A stretch of DNA of 63,994 nt, the filler included, from Octopus bimaculoides (lineage: Eukaryota), in assembly GCF_001194135.2 (NCBI RefSeq). It is 9 parts of 7 records of this genome, joined end to end, with 100 filler letters (N's around TTAATTAATTAA, not from the genome) between each part and the next. Parts side by side here need not be neighbours in the genome. Positions count along the whole stretch, not along the records: positions 39,038 to 55,399 come from NC_068985.1; positions 55,500 to 57,646 come from NC_069005.1; positions 57,747 to 59,608 come from NC_068987.1; positions 59,709 to 61,317 come from NW_026359521.1; positions 61,418 to 62,580 come from NC_068985.1; positions 62,681 to 63,994 come from NW_026439451.1; 3 more parts are not named here. One strand, given 5' to 3'. How positions within the stretch are numbered: the first letter of the stretch is position 1; the number at the start of each line of letters is the position of its first letter. The notes under the pieces are model-generated. The model was given only the letters and a program-made list of their open reading frames with translations. It searched no databases and was not told the origin of the DNA. Below, piece by piece: positions 50,191-63,994 of the stretch. The translations under genes and the position numbers were made by a program.

Positions 50191-51932
50191 ATCTAAGTAT
50201 GTATTTATCTTTGGTATAGAATACTTGATTGAAATGTTAATTTAATATGTCAGTCTTGGACAGGAAATTAATTTTCTTCATTAGTTTTCATAATCCAGGA
50301 AAGCATGATTCGACTAACCATACTGTAGACCCGCCTGTCCATTATTATCCTGCAATTATGACTGGTCAGGGGTAGTGGTGGTGTTAATGAAGTTAGCTGT
50401 TGTGGCGGTGGTGGTGGTGGTGCTCGTTATTGTTGTTGTTGTAGTATTGGTTTAGGTGGGGGTGATAGTCATTGCTGTAATACTAGTGGACATGGCAGTG
50501 TGAGAGGTGATGTTTGAGTGGGTGATATAGCTTTGGAGGATTATGACAACAACAACCAACACTGAAGATGGTGTTGGTGGTGATGGTGATGAAAATGGCA
50601 GAAGTCTTTCTGCTGGTGAGTGTTGGTGTAGAGATTCTGTAAGAGCTTTATTCAATATCAGAAAACAGAAATATTTCCTGCTCTTGTACAAGTTCACAGT
50701 GTGTATACGCAAGGGTCACTACATTAATTTTTCTGTGTATGTGTGTGTGCATGCATGCACATACATGCATATGTATGTGTATGTTTGTGTATGTGTGTGT
50801 TTGTGTATACGTCTTTGTTTATGGCAATGTATTTTGCATATCTGTCAACATGTCTTTAAAACCATAATGCTCATCAGCATAATAATGAAGGAGTGGTAGT
50901 GGTGGAAATTATATTTATCAATGGTCCTAGTGGCAGTATTATTGATGATGATGGTGATGGCATGATGGAAATTCTATTTATTAATAATATTGGTGATGGC
51001 GATATCACCAATTACGATGTGTTGGGAGGGGTGTGTATGTTTTCCTAATTAACTTGATTGTTCAATTCATATTTAATTTCAGTGACTTCCTCTTGTCTCT
51101 CTTTTCTCTCCTCTATCCCATTATTACTCTCTCTATCTCCCTCACACCCTCTTTTCCTCTTTCTCTTCTATTTTTTCTTGCTAAACAAGAAGCCCAAGAA
51201 GGGAACCTCTGTCGTGATGAGTGAACCTGGTTGAAATAGCAGCCAAATCTCCCTCAAATCCCACCCTGCCATTAAAATAAATGTGATATATTTAATAATG
51301 TAGTTTGTCCTTGATAAACTATTAATGAAACAAATGAAAAGTGTTCAGTTAGTAAGGCCTTTGATCATAATTCAGCTCAGTGAAAGCTAAACTAACCTAG
51401 AATAGTAACAGCATGGCTATCATCATCATCATTTAATGTCCGTTCTCCATGCTGGCATGAGTGAGACAGCTGGACAGGAATTGGCAAGGCCAGGGGTCCA
51501 CACTACATTCCATAGTCTGTTTTGGCTTGGTTTCTATGGTTGGATGCCCTTCCTAATGTCAACCACTCTACAGGGTGTAATGAATGTTTTTTATGTAGCA
51601 CTTTGGTTTTAGGATCTCAATTCTGTTGTGATGGGTGGGTCTTCTTCAGTACAGCAACAAGTCATCTGTCATCTCCTTTGTAAGGTTTAGCATTTTGAGA
51701 TCAACCAGATGTTATTTCATGTAAATAACATTTGACACAGATATGTAATATGACTACACCACAATGATAATGACAATGATGATGGTTGTGGTGCTGCTGC
51801 TGCTGCTGCTGCTGCTGCATTCCAGTCACTTTCTTTGTGAAATGCTATGCATACAGGACCACTCTATCCCTTTTTAAATCATTAGTGGGAGATATGACTG
51901 TTATTTCTTGAAAGTTGAGAGACTATTAAGAG

Positions 51933-52464
51933 CAGTGGTTCTCAAATTTTTCAAAAACTTTTACGTGTCCCTTTACAGTTTTTCTAATGATTCTCAGTCC
52001 TCTATAAAATGCAGGATAATCAACATGGAAAAGATGATATACATTCATGTACCATAATTTTTGGACTATGAACCACGCTACCCATAGACCCATAATCCTT
52101 GAAAAACCACAACTTAATCCCAGCAATGTCCCTTAGGGACACAATAAATGCACATGAAAATATGGGGAATCAGTTGATCAATTGGTTACAAAACAAATGA
52201 GAATACCAACAGTACATGCAGAATCAACCATTATACTCACATATTTTCTATCGGCCAATCACACTTGTTTAGAGTGGCATGAGTTTTTCGAGGCCAATGA
52301 CAAAAAAGGATGACAGCATGTGAAAAATTGGAAGTCTTAAATTTTTTAAACTTAACTGTCTCAAGCTACCATGTTTTCACGATACTTCAGCATCCCTTCA
52401 CAGTCTCCTTAAAATCACTTCATGGTCCCCTAGGAGATCATGGACCCCAGTTTAAGAATCACTG
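51933..52464. mobile_element. hAT (Charlie/Ac-like) non-autonomous element or MITE, 532 bp
   Basis: TIRs CAGTGGTTCTCAAA and TTTAAGAATCACTG (12 of 14 complementary); similar but not identical 8-bp flanks attaagag and acttagag. Confidence 0.7.
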
Positions 52465-52578
52465 ACTTAGAGGCTATCTTGTAGATAACAGGTCACATAT
52501 TGTGATTATGGTATGACCCACAAATCCAGCAATCTGGGTCCATTGTGTAGCCTTAGATGACTCTCAACAGTTTTATAT

Positions 52579-52616
<38 letters not shown>

Positions 52617-52714
52617 TGGTACTAGTGTATATAACACAATGAACCAATTAATTTTAATTAATTGTATATGGAATGCAATGTGAAATAATTGTAATCTTTA
52701 ACTGTATCTTTTAT

Positions 52715-53090
52715 CTTTTATTTGTTTTTGTCATTTGACTGCGGCCATGCTGGGGCACCACCTTGAAGAGTTTTTAGGGAAACAAATCAACTCCAGTACT
52801 TTTTTTTAAAGCCTGGTACTTATTCTATTAGTCTCTCTTGTTGAACTGCTAAGTAACAGGAATGTAAACAAACCAACAATGGTTGTCAAACAGTGGTAGG
52901 GGACAGACACAACACACACCACACATAGATATATGTATACGTATATATGATGGGCTTCTTTCAGTTTCCATCTACCAAATCCACTCACAAGGCTTTGATC
53001 AGCCTGAGGCTATAGTAGAAGACACTTGCCCAGGGTACCATTCAATGAGACTGAACCTGGAACCAAACTACTTACCACACAGCCACGCCT
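52715..53090 (-). mobile_element. SINE family A
   Basis: Reverse complement of 36135-36519. Confidence 0.85.
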
Positions 53091-53252
53091 GCATCAATGA
53101 TGAAAACACTGTACTTGTTTTGGTGTGAGATCTTTACATAGTTGCTCATTGTGCTAAAAGTGGCACCCATTTCCTTGATGTTGTACTCTACTATTTTNNN
53201 NNNNNNNTGATGTTGTACTCTACTATTTTGAAAAAAGAAAGGACATATAGAA

Positions 53253-53293
<41 letters not shown>

Positions 53294-54129
53294 GTATGAA
53301 AAAGTATTAAAATGATGAGAAAATCTTTGAGTATAAACCTGCTCAGTCAGAACTAGCCTGGGGTTAAACGACAAGATCTATTTAATTAAATAACAAAGAA
53401 AACTTTTCAACAGTGATCAGAGTTTAAATATTTTCATTCAATCAAATATAAGCTTCAAAGACAAAATGAAGAAATTCTACATAAATCAATTAATAAAATT
53501 TTGTTTGGAAATGGTCCCTGGGGAGGACTGTTAATTTGTGCTTAGAATAAAATCGTGCAAATATTGAAAGAGAAGTAGGGAAAAATGTTTTGTAAATGAT
53601 GAGGGGTAGAAAGGCGGAACAACAGTGTGTTTGTTTACATCTCTTGTAAACAATACATCCCTTAGCTTGATAGCTTCATCGATTTCCTGTGAAGAGCCAG
53701 TAGAATATAAATATCTTACTTGAGAAAACAAGTAGAGGCTGGTGACAGAAGGTGCATCCAAACATCAAACATTGTTTCAATAAATTTCATCCAACTCAAG
53801 ACTGTATGGAAAAAAAGAGCAAGCCTAAAAATGATTTTGAATACCTGTATGTATAGACACAGATGTGTGTGTGTCTGTGTGTGTGTAACAGTTTGATAGA
53901 TGCTGATGAAGCCCAAATTACACTGAAATCATGTGATACAACAGAATTGTCTGACTGTGCTGATGAAGTTTTGTCTGCCGATATAATCTGTTCTTTTTTT
54001 AGCACTTAACATCTATACATGGTGATTTCTCAAGACGATTGCCGCAGCCTAAAGTGTTTAAAACAACACATCCAAGTTATGTTAGATGTGCAAATTGATA
54101 TTTGCTACAAAGGTTGTTTTGGTCTCTAA

Positions 54130-54178
<49 letters not shown>

Positions 54179-54196
54179 CTCTATCTATCTATCTAT

Positions 54197-54248
<52 letters not shown>

Positions 54249-55071
54249 TATATCTTCATATCAAAAAAGCTCTACTGATCCACTGCTTCAACCCAAAAAT
54301 CAGTAGTCGATTAGAGATGGACTGGTGGTTTCTATGAATACATTATGGTGGCTATGACCAACATCATAACATACACCATCAGCACTATCTTTCACCACTA
54401 CCACATGAAAATATGTCACAACAACCACGACGAACAGTTGGAGAGTTACTGCTGTTAACCTAAACACTGAGAAGCTTAAAATAAAATAATGTGACCAATG
54501 TAAATGCCTTTGCGCCCGAAATATAAAGGTTTTTTTTGTTTTCTTTGTAAAACTTTCTGCATTGTTAGAACCTTTCTTTACTTCCCTTTTCTTTCATTTT
54601 CTACATATATGTATACATAGAGAGAGAAAGAAGATGGAGAACAAACAAAATGTGGAGTGAATGAGAAATGAAAGAATCAAGATGCAAGATGTTGATGAAA
54701 TGGTTGAAAAGGAAAGATAATAGATATATTAAGATCACTAACAGGAATCCAGTTGTACGCAGCATCTTGCTTTGCCTGAAACATTTACCGACATACTTTA
54801 TTCCATTACATTTAAATTAATATATTTTCTCAGAAAACAATCTTCTATTAATTCACTAATGAGTTAGATATCTTCTTCAAAGGATACATATATTAAATGA
54901 GAACATATGTGTGCCACCTGCTCAATGCCTTTAGACCATTAACCCAGGAGGTGGGTTGGTAGATGGTGGTTCAGTGCTTTTTCCCTTTCTCTCACTCTCT
55001 CTCTCTCTCTCTTTTCCCTTTCTCTCACTCTCTCTCTCTTTTCCCCTTTTATTTATATATGTATGTATATG

Positions 55072-55380
55072 AAGGTGCATGGCTTAGTGGTTAGAGTGTT
55101 GCGCTCACAACTGTGAGATCATGGTTTTAATTCTCAGACCAGGCATTGCATTGTATTGTTGAGCAGAACACTTCATTTCAAGTTGCAAAACATTTCATTT
55201 CAATCAATTCGTCATCTGACATGTTGCACATGATGCACCTGTACAGGTAATGTCAATTTGATTGGAGGGAGTGAGCTTATGTGAATACAAACATTTGATC
55301 GCTATAAACAAATCATTTGTGTGGTTATTCAGCAAGAAATTGCAGAATCATCATACATCATCTAAAGATGGGAGAGTCCA
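55072..55380 (+). mobile_element. SINE family C
   Basis: TGGCTTAGTGG A box, degenerate B box GGTTTTAATTCTC, body shared with 14290-14480. Confidence 0.7.
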
Positions 55381-55525
55381 TGATATATATATATATATAN
55401 NNNNNNNNNNNNNNNNNNNNNNNNNNNNNNNNNNNNNNNNNNNTTAATTAATTAANNNNNNNNNNNNNNNNNNNNNNNNNNNNNNNNNNNNNNNNNNNNT
55501 TTCCTAGTCTTAAACGAGTATGTTT

Positions 55526-55564
<39 letters not shown>

Positions 55565-56167
55565 ACACTCACACACAAACAAATAAATACACACACATTC
55601 ATATATACACATATTAATATAAGATTATTTGTATCAGTGTGTGTGTGTGTATATATGCACACATATATTGATACAAATATTAGTGCGTGTGTATGGGTGC
55701 GCGCATGTTTGTGTGTGTATGCGTGTTCAAATATACTCGTTTCAAGACAAGGGAAATAATATTTTGTTCACAAAAAATTTTTCTATATTGTCTGCCAGTG
55801 ATAATAGACCAGAAATTTGTGCTGTTTATACTGAGATTAAGCAACAAGAACAGCACATATAGATAATATACAAATAACATTTTACGATATAATCTACACA
55901 GTCACAGCGTCAGTTAATTTTGGAATATGGTGTATCTTAATCCTATTTCTTTTCTTTAAACTTTCACTGTGAAGATGCGTGACACAAAGGAATAGGTTTA
56001 TGCTATCTTAAGTAAACAAATTACATGCCCTGTCGACTGGGATAGCGATTCTGCGGGTGGTTGTACGACAAAAACATCAAGAAAATTCATAATTTCCATC
56101 TATTAGTCAAGCGTCTTTTTTTCAGTCCCTTTCACCCTTATCAAAATATATATCAATGTACGGTATA

Positions 56168-56365
56168 TACGAGGGAGTGCTGAAAAGTTCCTGTCATTGG
56201 ATAATAGAAAATACAGGGGATCAGTTAATTATGATTTTATTCAACATATTTCCCTCTTCAAATTGACACAGTTATTGCAGCTGTCCTTCAGTTTCTCTAA
56301 GCCCTGTTAAAGAACACAGAAGGTTGAGTCTCTTGCCAGGCCTTTCACGACACCCTTAAAGCCAA
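56168..56365 (-). mobile_element. Mariner-derived MITE (about 200 bp)
   Basis: Begins tacgagggagtgctgaaaagttcctg (mariner-type TIR). The interior carries a transposase 3'-end remnant (tattcaacatatttccc) on the minus strand; the second TIR is partial. Confidence 0.55.
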
Positions 56366-56834
56366 GGGGCTGGGCAAGCAGAAAGAAAACTGGAAACATC
56401 TTGTTAAATGGAAGTTTTATTATTTAATACGAAGCTGGTCAACTTTTGACATCTTTAGTATGTCGAAGACTTCTTTTGTACAGGTTCTGAACCATTTTTC
56501 TAGTAAAGTGTGCTTTAACTCTTTCAACAACGGTAGCGGAGGAAAGCACAGCCTCATTTGTTGCTCCAAAATGGACGATAAATGTTTGATTATATTGAGA
56601 GCCTGTGGTTGTATGTGTGTGTGATGGGGGGGNNNNNNNNNNNNNNNNNNNNNNNNNNNNNNNNNNNNNNNNNNNNNNNNNNNNNNNNNNNNNNNNNNNN
56701 NNNNNNNNNNNNNNNNNNNNNNNNNNNNNNNNNNNNNNNNNNNNNNNNNNNNNNNNNNNNNNNNNNNNNNNNNNNNNNNNNNNNNNNNNNNNNNNNNNNN
56801 NNNNNNNNNNNNNNNNNNNNNNNNNNNCCAAGTT

Positions 56835-57052
56835 GTCTGTTTTGCTTTTGTTTCAGTCATTTGACTGCGGCCATGCTATAGCACTGCCTTAAAGGGTTTT
56901 AACTGAAGAAATCGACCTCAGGACTTAATCTTTGCAAGCCTAGTACTTATTCTATCGGTCTATTTTGCCGAACTGCTAAGTTACGGGACATAAACACACC
57001 GGAACCATATGGTTGAGAAGCAAACCTCTTACCACACAGCCATACCTGCGCC
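56835..57052 (-). mobile_element. SINE family A, internally deleted
   Basis: Type-1 tail joined directly to the head (cacaccggaaccatatgg). Confidence 0.75.
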
Positions 57053-57746
57053 TGCTCTTCATACCAGAATAACATTAATATGTATAAATCGACGCATAAT
57101 TGTCCTGAAAGATTGCGCTAACACCAGGGAACAGTATTTACACCATAGAAGGAACATATTCAACCAAAATACTTATATAATCCTTGGCACTAACACTGTT
57201 ATGTAGAACAACTAAAGAGTCATGCCACGGTATAAATCAAACTTTTAGGGTTGAAGGCTTTTGTGGGGCTGTCTCCAGACATAAACATGCTCCGAAGAGA
57301 AAAGGGTTGGGTGATGATTCATCAGAGAAAATGATAGTATTCCATGGTGCCATGTACCCCTTCTGATAGTCTACATACCATCTTTTCCTGCTTACCAAGG
57401 TTGCAGGACGCAACGAAAATTTTAGAAAAATAAAAAATAAATAAGTGGAAATTTTACCGGTGAGTGTGTTAAATTATAAGGCACCAAAAGAGAATGACTC
57501 TCCCCAGATACAACACAATATGTTTCAACACACGAACTCACATAAAGAATCTTGCAAACCAAATCCAAAAACGAAATATGTGTGTGTGTGTGTGTGTGTC
57601 TTCTCATCACTACTTGACAACCGGTGTTGTTTACATCCCGTACCTTNNNNNNNNNNNNNNNNNNNNNNNNNNNNNNNNNNNNNNNNNNNNTTAATTAATT
57701 AANNNNNNNNNNNNNNNNNNNNNNNNNNNNNNNNNNNNNNNNNNNN

Positions 57747-57780
<34 letters not shown>

Positions 57781-57786
<6 letters not shown>

Positions 57787-58590
57787 ACCATTAGTATGGA
57801 ATCATCCGGCTCCGCCCAAGTCATCGACCACGTTGGACTAAACATACTCCACCACGTCCAAATACATTTCCCTAACATCATCCGAGGCCTCTGCAGAGAT
57901 CACGCTTTGCTAGTCACCAAGGAGATTAATAAATCATCTTTAGAACGCGTTAGGAAAGATCTACACAATTTTTTTCTCTAACTTCAATCTATCTATTACT
58001 TTTGAGAATTCCCACAAAACCACTAATTTTTTAGATGTAACTTTAAACTTAGAAACCTTCCAACTCTCCCCATATCACAAACCTAACCAATACCTTAAGC
58101 ACTTAAACATTAATTCCAATCACCACAAATCCACCTCTGGTAATATAGTTAAGAGTATCTCGATCCGTATATTTGACCCATCGTCCACTGTGGAAATATT
58201 CTATAATCACGCCCCATATTACAACCAAGCGCCGCTGCCAGCGGCTTCTCCCAACCAATAAAACACATCTCTAATACTAGGATCAAGCAACATATATCTC
58301 AAATCATATCACAACAACATGCCAACCATCAGAATCACAACAGACCACACATACATTATACTAGAACCCCAGGAGAACTCGGATTAAGACAACTTAGACC
58401 CCACACGCACAATATAATACTAGGTCAAAAGCCAAAGCAGCTAACATTTACGGGCCATATTACCCGCCTCTGATATCTAAAAATATAGATTACACTACTC
58501 CTAAACAACCCAATAAAAAGCGGTGGTATACACTCCGCTTCTCACTAAACGTTATGAGCTTAGCTAAATCCTTTTTTAACATGCTGGATT
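57781..58590 (+). mobile_element. Penelope-like element RT fragment (thumb and linker), next to (TA)n
   Basis: TISMESSGSAQVIDHVGLNIL (MGSxxSA-like), GLCRDH (YRDD-like), TNFLDVTLNL, PYHKPN, APYYNQA, later WYTLRFSLNV...KSFFNMLD (WFNPPxSxNV-like). Confidence 0.75.
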
Positions 58591-59708
58591 CAGAAAATTA
58601 AAGGCAGGGAGTATGGTATTTTGAGTCCGACAGCTGTTTCTCGGGGCTCGGAATTACATAATAGTTGTAATGCTGGCAGATGAAGTGTGTGGAAAGTCAA
58701 GAATATGCATCCAATACTAGTTGCATATTCTTCACATTTTGCACGCACACACACACGCACGTATACGCGCGCATACACGCACCCCCTCACACACATATAT
58801 ATATTGAAAACGCGTGTTAAGCTTTGCATTAAGAAAATATGCAAACAGAAAATATTTCGAAACGTTTATCATGGAAAAAAAAGACGGGAATATTTACATT
58901 TTAACAAATTATACTACCGGTTTCCATCCTTTTAAAAGACTGCTTAGTTATGCTGCAAGAAGACGGAAAATAAATTGAAATAAATCAGATTAAATTTATC
59001 TTTCATGTTATTTATCTCAAAGTTCACATTTGTCTTGAAAGATTAATTAAATTTAGTTCATTTCAATTACATGTGTGTGTGTGTGTTTGTGTTTACTATA
59101 TTAGTTACGCAACACGTATGACGAAAATATGTCTTTGGTTGACTGTACAGATACCATGTTAACATCAATTTATACACAAGAAAGTGCAGGTGGAATCATG
59201 TTCCATTTCTTTGCAAGATCGTTGAAATATATAAAGAGAACCATTCTAAAACCACAAGTGTGCTATTAGTTATTTTTTATCTATAGAGTAGCTTAGAGTC
59301 TTATTTGATATTTATTATATTTTTCTTACATTCTTCAATACTCAAGTATTATCCTTGTATCTCTAGATCGTCGTTGCATTTTGTTCTTTCTCTTCCTTTT
59401 CTCGTCACTTGTCTTAATTCTGCGTTCATTTATTGATTCGAATCTGTAATCCATGTTTCAGTTGAGTTTTCTATATTACTTGTAACTACGAACCTATATT
59501 GCCATATATACATACATACATACACACGAATACACACATACACAAACACATATATCACCGTATATATATATACATATACATATACATACATATATATATA
59601 TATATATANNNNNNNNNNNNNNNNNNNNNNNNNNNNNNNNNNNNNNNNNNNNTTAATTAATTAANNNNNNNNNNNNNNNNNNNNNNNNNNNNNNNNNNNN
59701 NNNNNNNN

Positions 59709-59748
<40 letters not shown>

Positions 59749-60532
59749 AAAGCTAGAACTCTCTATATGTGAGAATACGTAAATATCTGCATGTAAATAT
59801 ATACATACACATACGTGCACAATAGATGCATATATGCACGCATACATACATCCGCACTTATATGCATACGCAAATCATGACACTTGGCAGGTATCGATTA
59901 CGTGTTAATATGATGGAGGGAAATTCTGGATTGACATATTTCAAGGAATTTTTCTTTAAATATACAAGTTTGTTTTTCTTGCTCGTTTCTCTGTTTGTCT
60001 GTATGTCTCCCTTTCGCTTTTGCCTTCCTTTCTCTCCCTCAAACCAGCTTTTGATCTTTCTCTGACTATTTTTCTCGTTCTCGGTCTTTCACTTTCTCTA
60101 GACTGCCATCCTCTCTGTATATCCCGCCTTCTCCTCTTGCACACATAGAAATACAAACACAGCTACAATCACAGATGCATGCACTCTCATTATTGAGAGA
60201 CTAACTCAAAATATATCCGTTTGATCCTGCGTATAAGCGATTGCTTTACCAAAAGCCGCGGGTCTGTTTCTTCATAACGCTTTGTTATTAAATATCTGAC
60301 GATATTACGTCAAAAGCTAAATAAAGAGGAGAAAACCAACAAACCAAACAAAAATTCTGTTATTATTCTTTAACTTTTTCTTCATTCCAATGCTGTATTT
60401 CGCCTACGAGATATTATTGCACCAACAAACTTATCAAGTTGCCGAACAGAAATAAGCTTGAAAAAAAATCATTGGTTAGTGGACTTTTAAAATTTAAAAG
60501 TATATGCAATTATATGCGTGTGCTAGTATGTA

Positions 60533-60637
<105 letters not shown>

Positions 60638-60691
60638 GAGGTACAACTATAGAGATAGATAAGTGCAGATGCGTGCTTGTAAATATATATC

Positions 60692-60724
<33 letters not shown>

Positions 60725-60799
60725 ATATACACATACATACACAGATTTATAAAGATAAGTGCAGATATATGCCCGTAAGTATATGTATATAAATATATA

Positions 60800-60830
<31 letters not shown>

Positions 60831-60848
60831 TCATACAAATATATATTC

Positions 60849-60882
<34 letters not shown>

Positions 60883-61281
60883 GTATAACCATATATATGT
60901 ATATGTATATATACACACACACAAATATCTATATATATATATGTACTTATACAAATATGAACATTCGTAATATATATATATAATACGTGTGCGTGTGAGA
61001 GTGTGTGTGTGTATGTATGTATGTATGCATGTGTGTATATATATGCATGTGATGTGTATGTGCATATGTATGTGCATATGTATGTGCATATGTATGTATG
61101 TTTGTATGGATAGAATTTACTGAAATAAATCATTAAAACAGATGAAATAAACTCACTCGGTAATATTCTTTACATTTTACTCATATATTAAATAATATGT
61201 TTTGATTAGACAGACATGTTTACATTTACAGACGCACAACGCTCGCACACACACACATACACACACCAACATAGACAGATA

Positions 61282-61317
<36 letters not shown>

Positions 61318-61417
61318 NNNNNNNNNNNNNNNNNNNNNNNNNNNNNNNNNNNNNNNNNNNNTTAATTAATTAANNNNNNNNNNNNNNNNNNNNNNNNNNN
61401 NNNNNNNNNNNNNNNNN

Positions 61418-61555
61418 GTTTCCAGAATCCACGTGTGGGGAACACTGTCGAAAGCCTTTTGGTAGTCCACCCAGGCCATACTGAGGCCTTTCTTCTTTCT
61501 GCGGCTGTCTTCAGTTATGGCTTTATTGATCAATAATTGATCTTTACAGCCGTAC
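61418..61555 (-). mobile_element. Well-preserved R4/Dong-like RT fragment abutting (TAA)n
   Basis: The minus strand translates YGCKDQLLINKAITEDSRRKKKGLSMAWVDYQKAFDSVPHTWILE with no stop; the rest is lost in a spacer. Confidence 0.8.
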
Positions 61556-61603
<48 letters not shown>

Positions 61604-61713
61604 CATTATTATTATTATTATTATTATTACTATTATTATTTATTATTATTATTATTATTTGTCCATTTACATGATATGGAAATATATGTGTGTGTGTGTG
61701 TGTGTATGTAGAT

Positions 61714-61759
<46 letters not shown>

Positions 61760-61828
61760 GGAGAGAGGGAGAGAGAGAGGGGAGAGAGACAGATAGACAG
61801 ACAGACACAGACAGAAAGATAGATAGAC

Positions 61829-61871
<43 letters not shown>

Positions 61872-61985
61872 AATACACACACACACACACATACACACAC
61901 AAACAAATACACACATGGATACACACATATATATAAATATATACTTATGTATGTATGTATTTATATATGTATGTATACGTATGAG
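61556..61985. repeat. Compound microsatellite block (ATT)n, (TG)n, (CA)n, (TA)n, (GA)n, (AGAT)n
   Basis: Seen directly. Similar blocks lie at 8150-8320, 42310-42570, 45715-45810, 54130-54245 and 60535-61100. Confidence 0.95.
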
Positions 61986-62538
61986 TGTATTTAAAAGTGC
62001 AATACGTATACGGAAATAAATTGTAAATCGGGAACTTTTAATAGTAAAATAATACGTCCGCTAATCGAATATAAATCATGTATTACTTGCCAGACTAATA
62101 CCCTGACGATTACAGCATCATTGAGTTTGCAGTCGGTTTAATGTATAAGATGTTTAATACAAGGTTTAAATAATAGGTCTCACGCTGGAAAACCTAGGCG
62201 TTAATTAAAAGTGTATTCCGATTCTTTGTGTGAATTCTCGTTGAAAATATTGGATCAAGTAGCTGATGACTGGCTGATAAATTATCTGTGAAGCGAAAGA
62301 TATTCTATGGAGGATAAAAGGTCAGTTAAATGCAAATAGACAGTTTAACTTAATCTAAAAGAGAATAGAATGAAAACTGTGATGGAGTGTCTCACATCGA
62401 CACACGGCAAATAAGCGTATATTTTCCGATACAAAATAGTTAACTACAATGATTGTATAATTGTCAAGTCTTCAATTGCAAACAGACATACACATATATA
62501 TATACATACGTGCCTATATATATATATCTATATATATC

Positions 62539-62580
<42 letters not shown>

Positions 62581-63130
62581 NNNNNNNNNNNNNNNNNNNN
62601 NNNNNNNNNNNNNNNNNNNNNNNNTTAATTAATTAANNNNNNNNNNNNNNNNNNNNNNNNNNNNNNNNNNNNNNNNNNNNTCTTCATCAAAGAAGCGGGA
62701 ATACTTCCGGGTTGTTTTTGGGTACCCATGTGGAGACAGGAATAAAAATTCAACATTGAATATATTCCGTGTATATATTTGATAAATAAATTCAAAAAGA
62801 GATAAAACTCTTTTACAAGAATTTTATCAAGAAGCCAGTGTGTAAAAAAATTCATAAGGGAAATTTCTATTCCCAAGAATATAATTATTCGTTTATATTT
62901 ATATAAAGGGCATTGTTACAGAAAAATAATAGAGGCAGCTGATGAAGGAATAATTCCAAGTGGCGTGTTTGTTTTCCTATGTGTTCGTTCTGTTGTCTGT
63001 AAACAAAGTCCGTTTTGATTTTATGCTCCCGTTCATTCGTCTAACGTCCTGTACCCGAATATGCATCTATATATACATGTAGATGTAGGTATACATGCAT
63101 ATGCTTATATATCATTTGTTTTATTATATG

Positions 63131-63163
<33 letters not shown>

Positions 63164-63994
63164 GTATGTATATGTGTATGTATATATGTGTGTGTGTGTG
63201 TGTGTGAGGGTGTGTGTGAATGTGTATTTGTTTATACTACTCCTTCTTTACTAATTGTAGTGGTTATAATTTATATTTATTAATTGTGTATTTATTGGTA
63301 CGTTAATATTTTAGTGAGTTTAAGGATTTAATATTGTAATGACACTACGATTTTTATAAGATTAATAATATAAATATTTTAATTAATTAAATTAATAGTA
63401 GTATTTTAGCTTATTTCATATATATTATTTAAGTTATGTTTCTTAGTCTTATTATTTAAAATTTATAATTACTTAGAATTTAAAGTTCATTAAAATGTTT
63501 TACAATATAGCTGATTGTTTTTTTTTATGATGTAAGTTATATAAAGTTTAAATCTTTCATTCATGATTTTATGAATAATTCTTTCATTCATGTTTTTGTA
63601 TCTCTATATTCTATTCTCTATCTTAACGTAGTATCTTCGCGCAACCTCTTTCTAATAAACGCTCTAGTTTTGAGTTTAATGTCTAAGTTTTAGTTTGAAC
63701 TGCAGCAGCTTAGCGATAAGTATTGTTTTTAACTTTGTTAAATGACTTTATATCATTGTTTGAAAAAATATTTATTTATGATTTTTAATGATAATTTTAG
63801 TCGATACCTTTTTTAACACTAAATTGATTAGTAGTAAGTGCATCATCTTAGCCTAAACTAAAACTTTGATTAGATTAAGGTTGAATTTTTTCCATTAATG
63901 CTGTTTAATATTTCTTTCTATTTTATGCGATAAATGACTAGTCTTTTTTATTTAATTTCTTTGATTATACAATATTGTTAATTGTTTTATTATG

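Noticed and set aside
53531-54005. Short ORFs in a non-repetitive island as a defined gene
   Set aside because: No recognisable domain and inconsistent splice geometry (one implied intron is about 33 nt). Kept only as a weak exon hint in the findings.

Overview
AT-rich, repeat-dense animal genomic DNA, very probably Octopus; this is inferred from the SINE/RTE families, the octopus-style C2H2 arrays and the protocadherin tail. It is a draft assembly with many N gaps and eight artificial 100-nt spacers (44N-TTAATTAATTAA-44N). Host genes are three paralogous, plus-strand, single-coding-exon tandem C2H2 zinc-finger genes (about 21.5-22.5 kb, 5' end lost in a gap, 12 intact fingers; 29.25-31.17 kb, 22 fingers, intact; 37.8-38.9 kb, 11 fingers plus a frameshifted tail) and the EC6/TM/cytoplasmic end of a protocadherin exon on the minus strand (20.9-21.35 kb). 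The rest is mostly transposon debris: several RTE LINEs (carrying a PHD-type finger inside the RT region), R4/Dong-like elements (one abutting a TAA microsatellite), a Tx1/L1, Penelope-like RT and GIY-YIG fragments, four mariners, a DD37D maT element, a hAT MITE, at least three tRNA-SINE families and microsatellites. The most unusual items are a near-complete type I hammerhead-ribozyme fold at 43031-43100, two long foldback palindromes, a 308-bp perfectly identical tract shared by otherwise diverged ZNF 3' flanks, and parallel erosion of the terminal ZNF fingers. No database searches or folding programs were run. Family assignments come from recognised motifs, and repeat boundaries are approximate.
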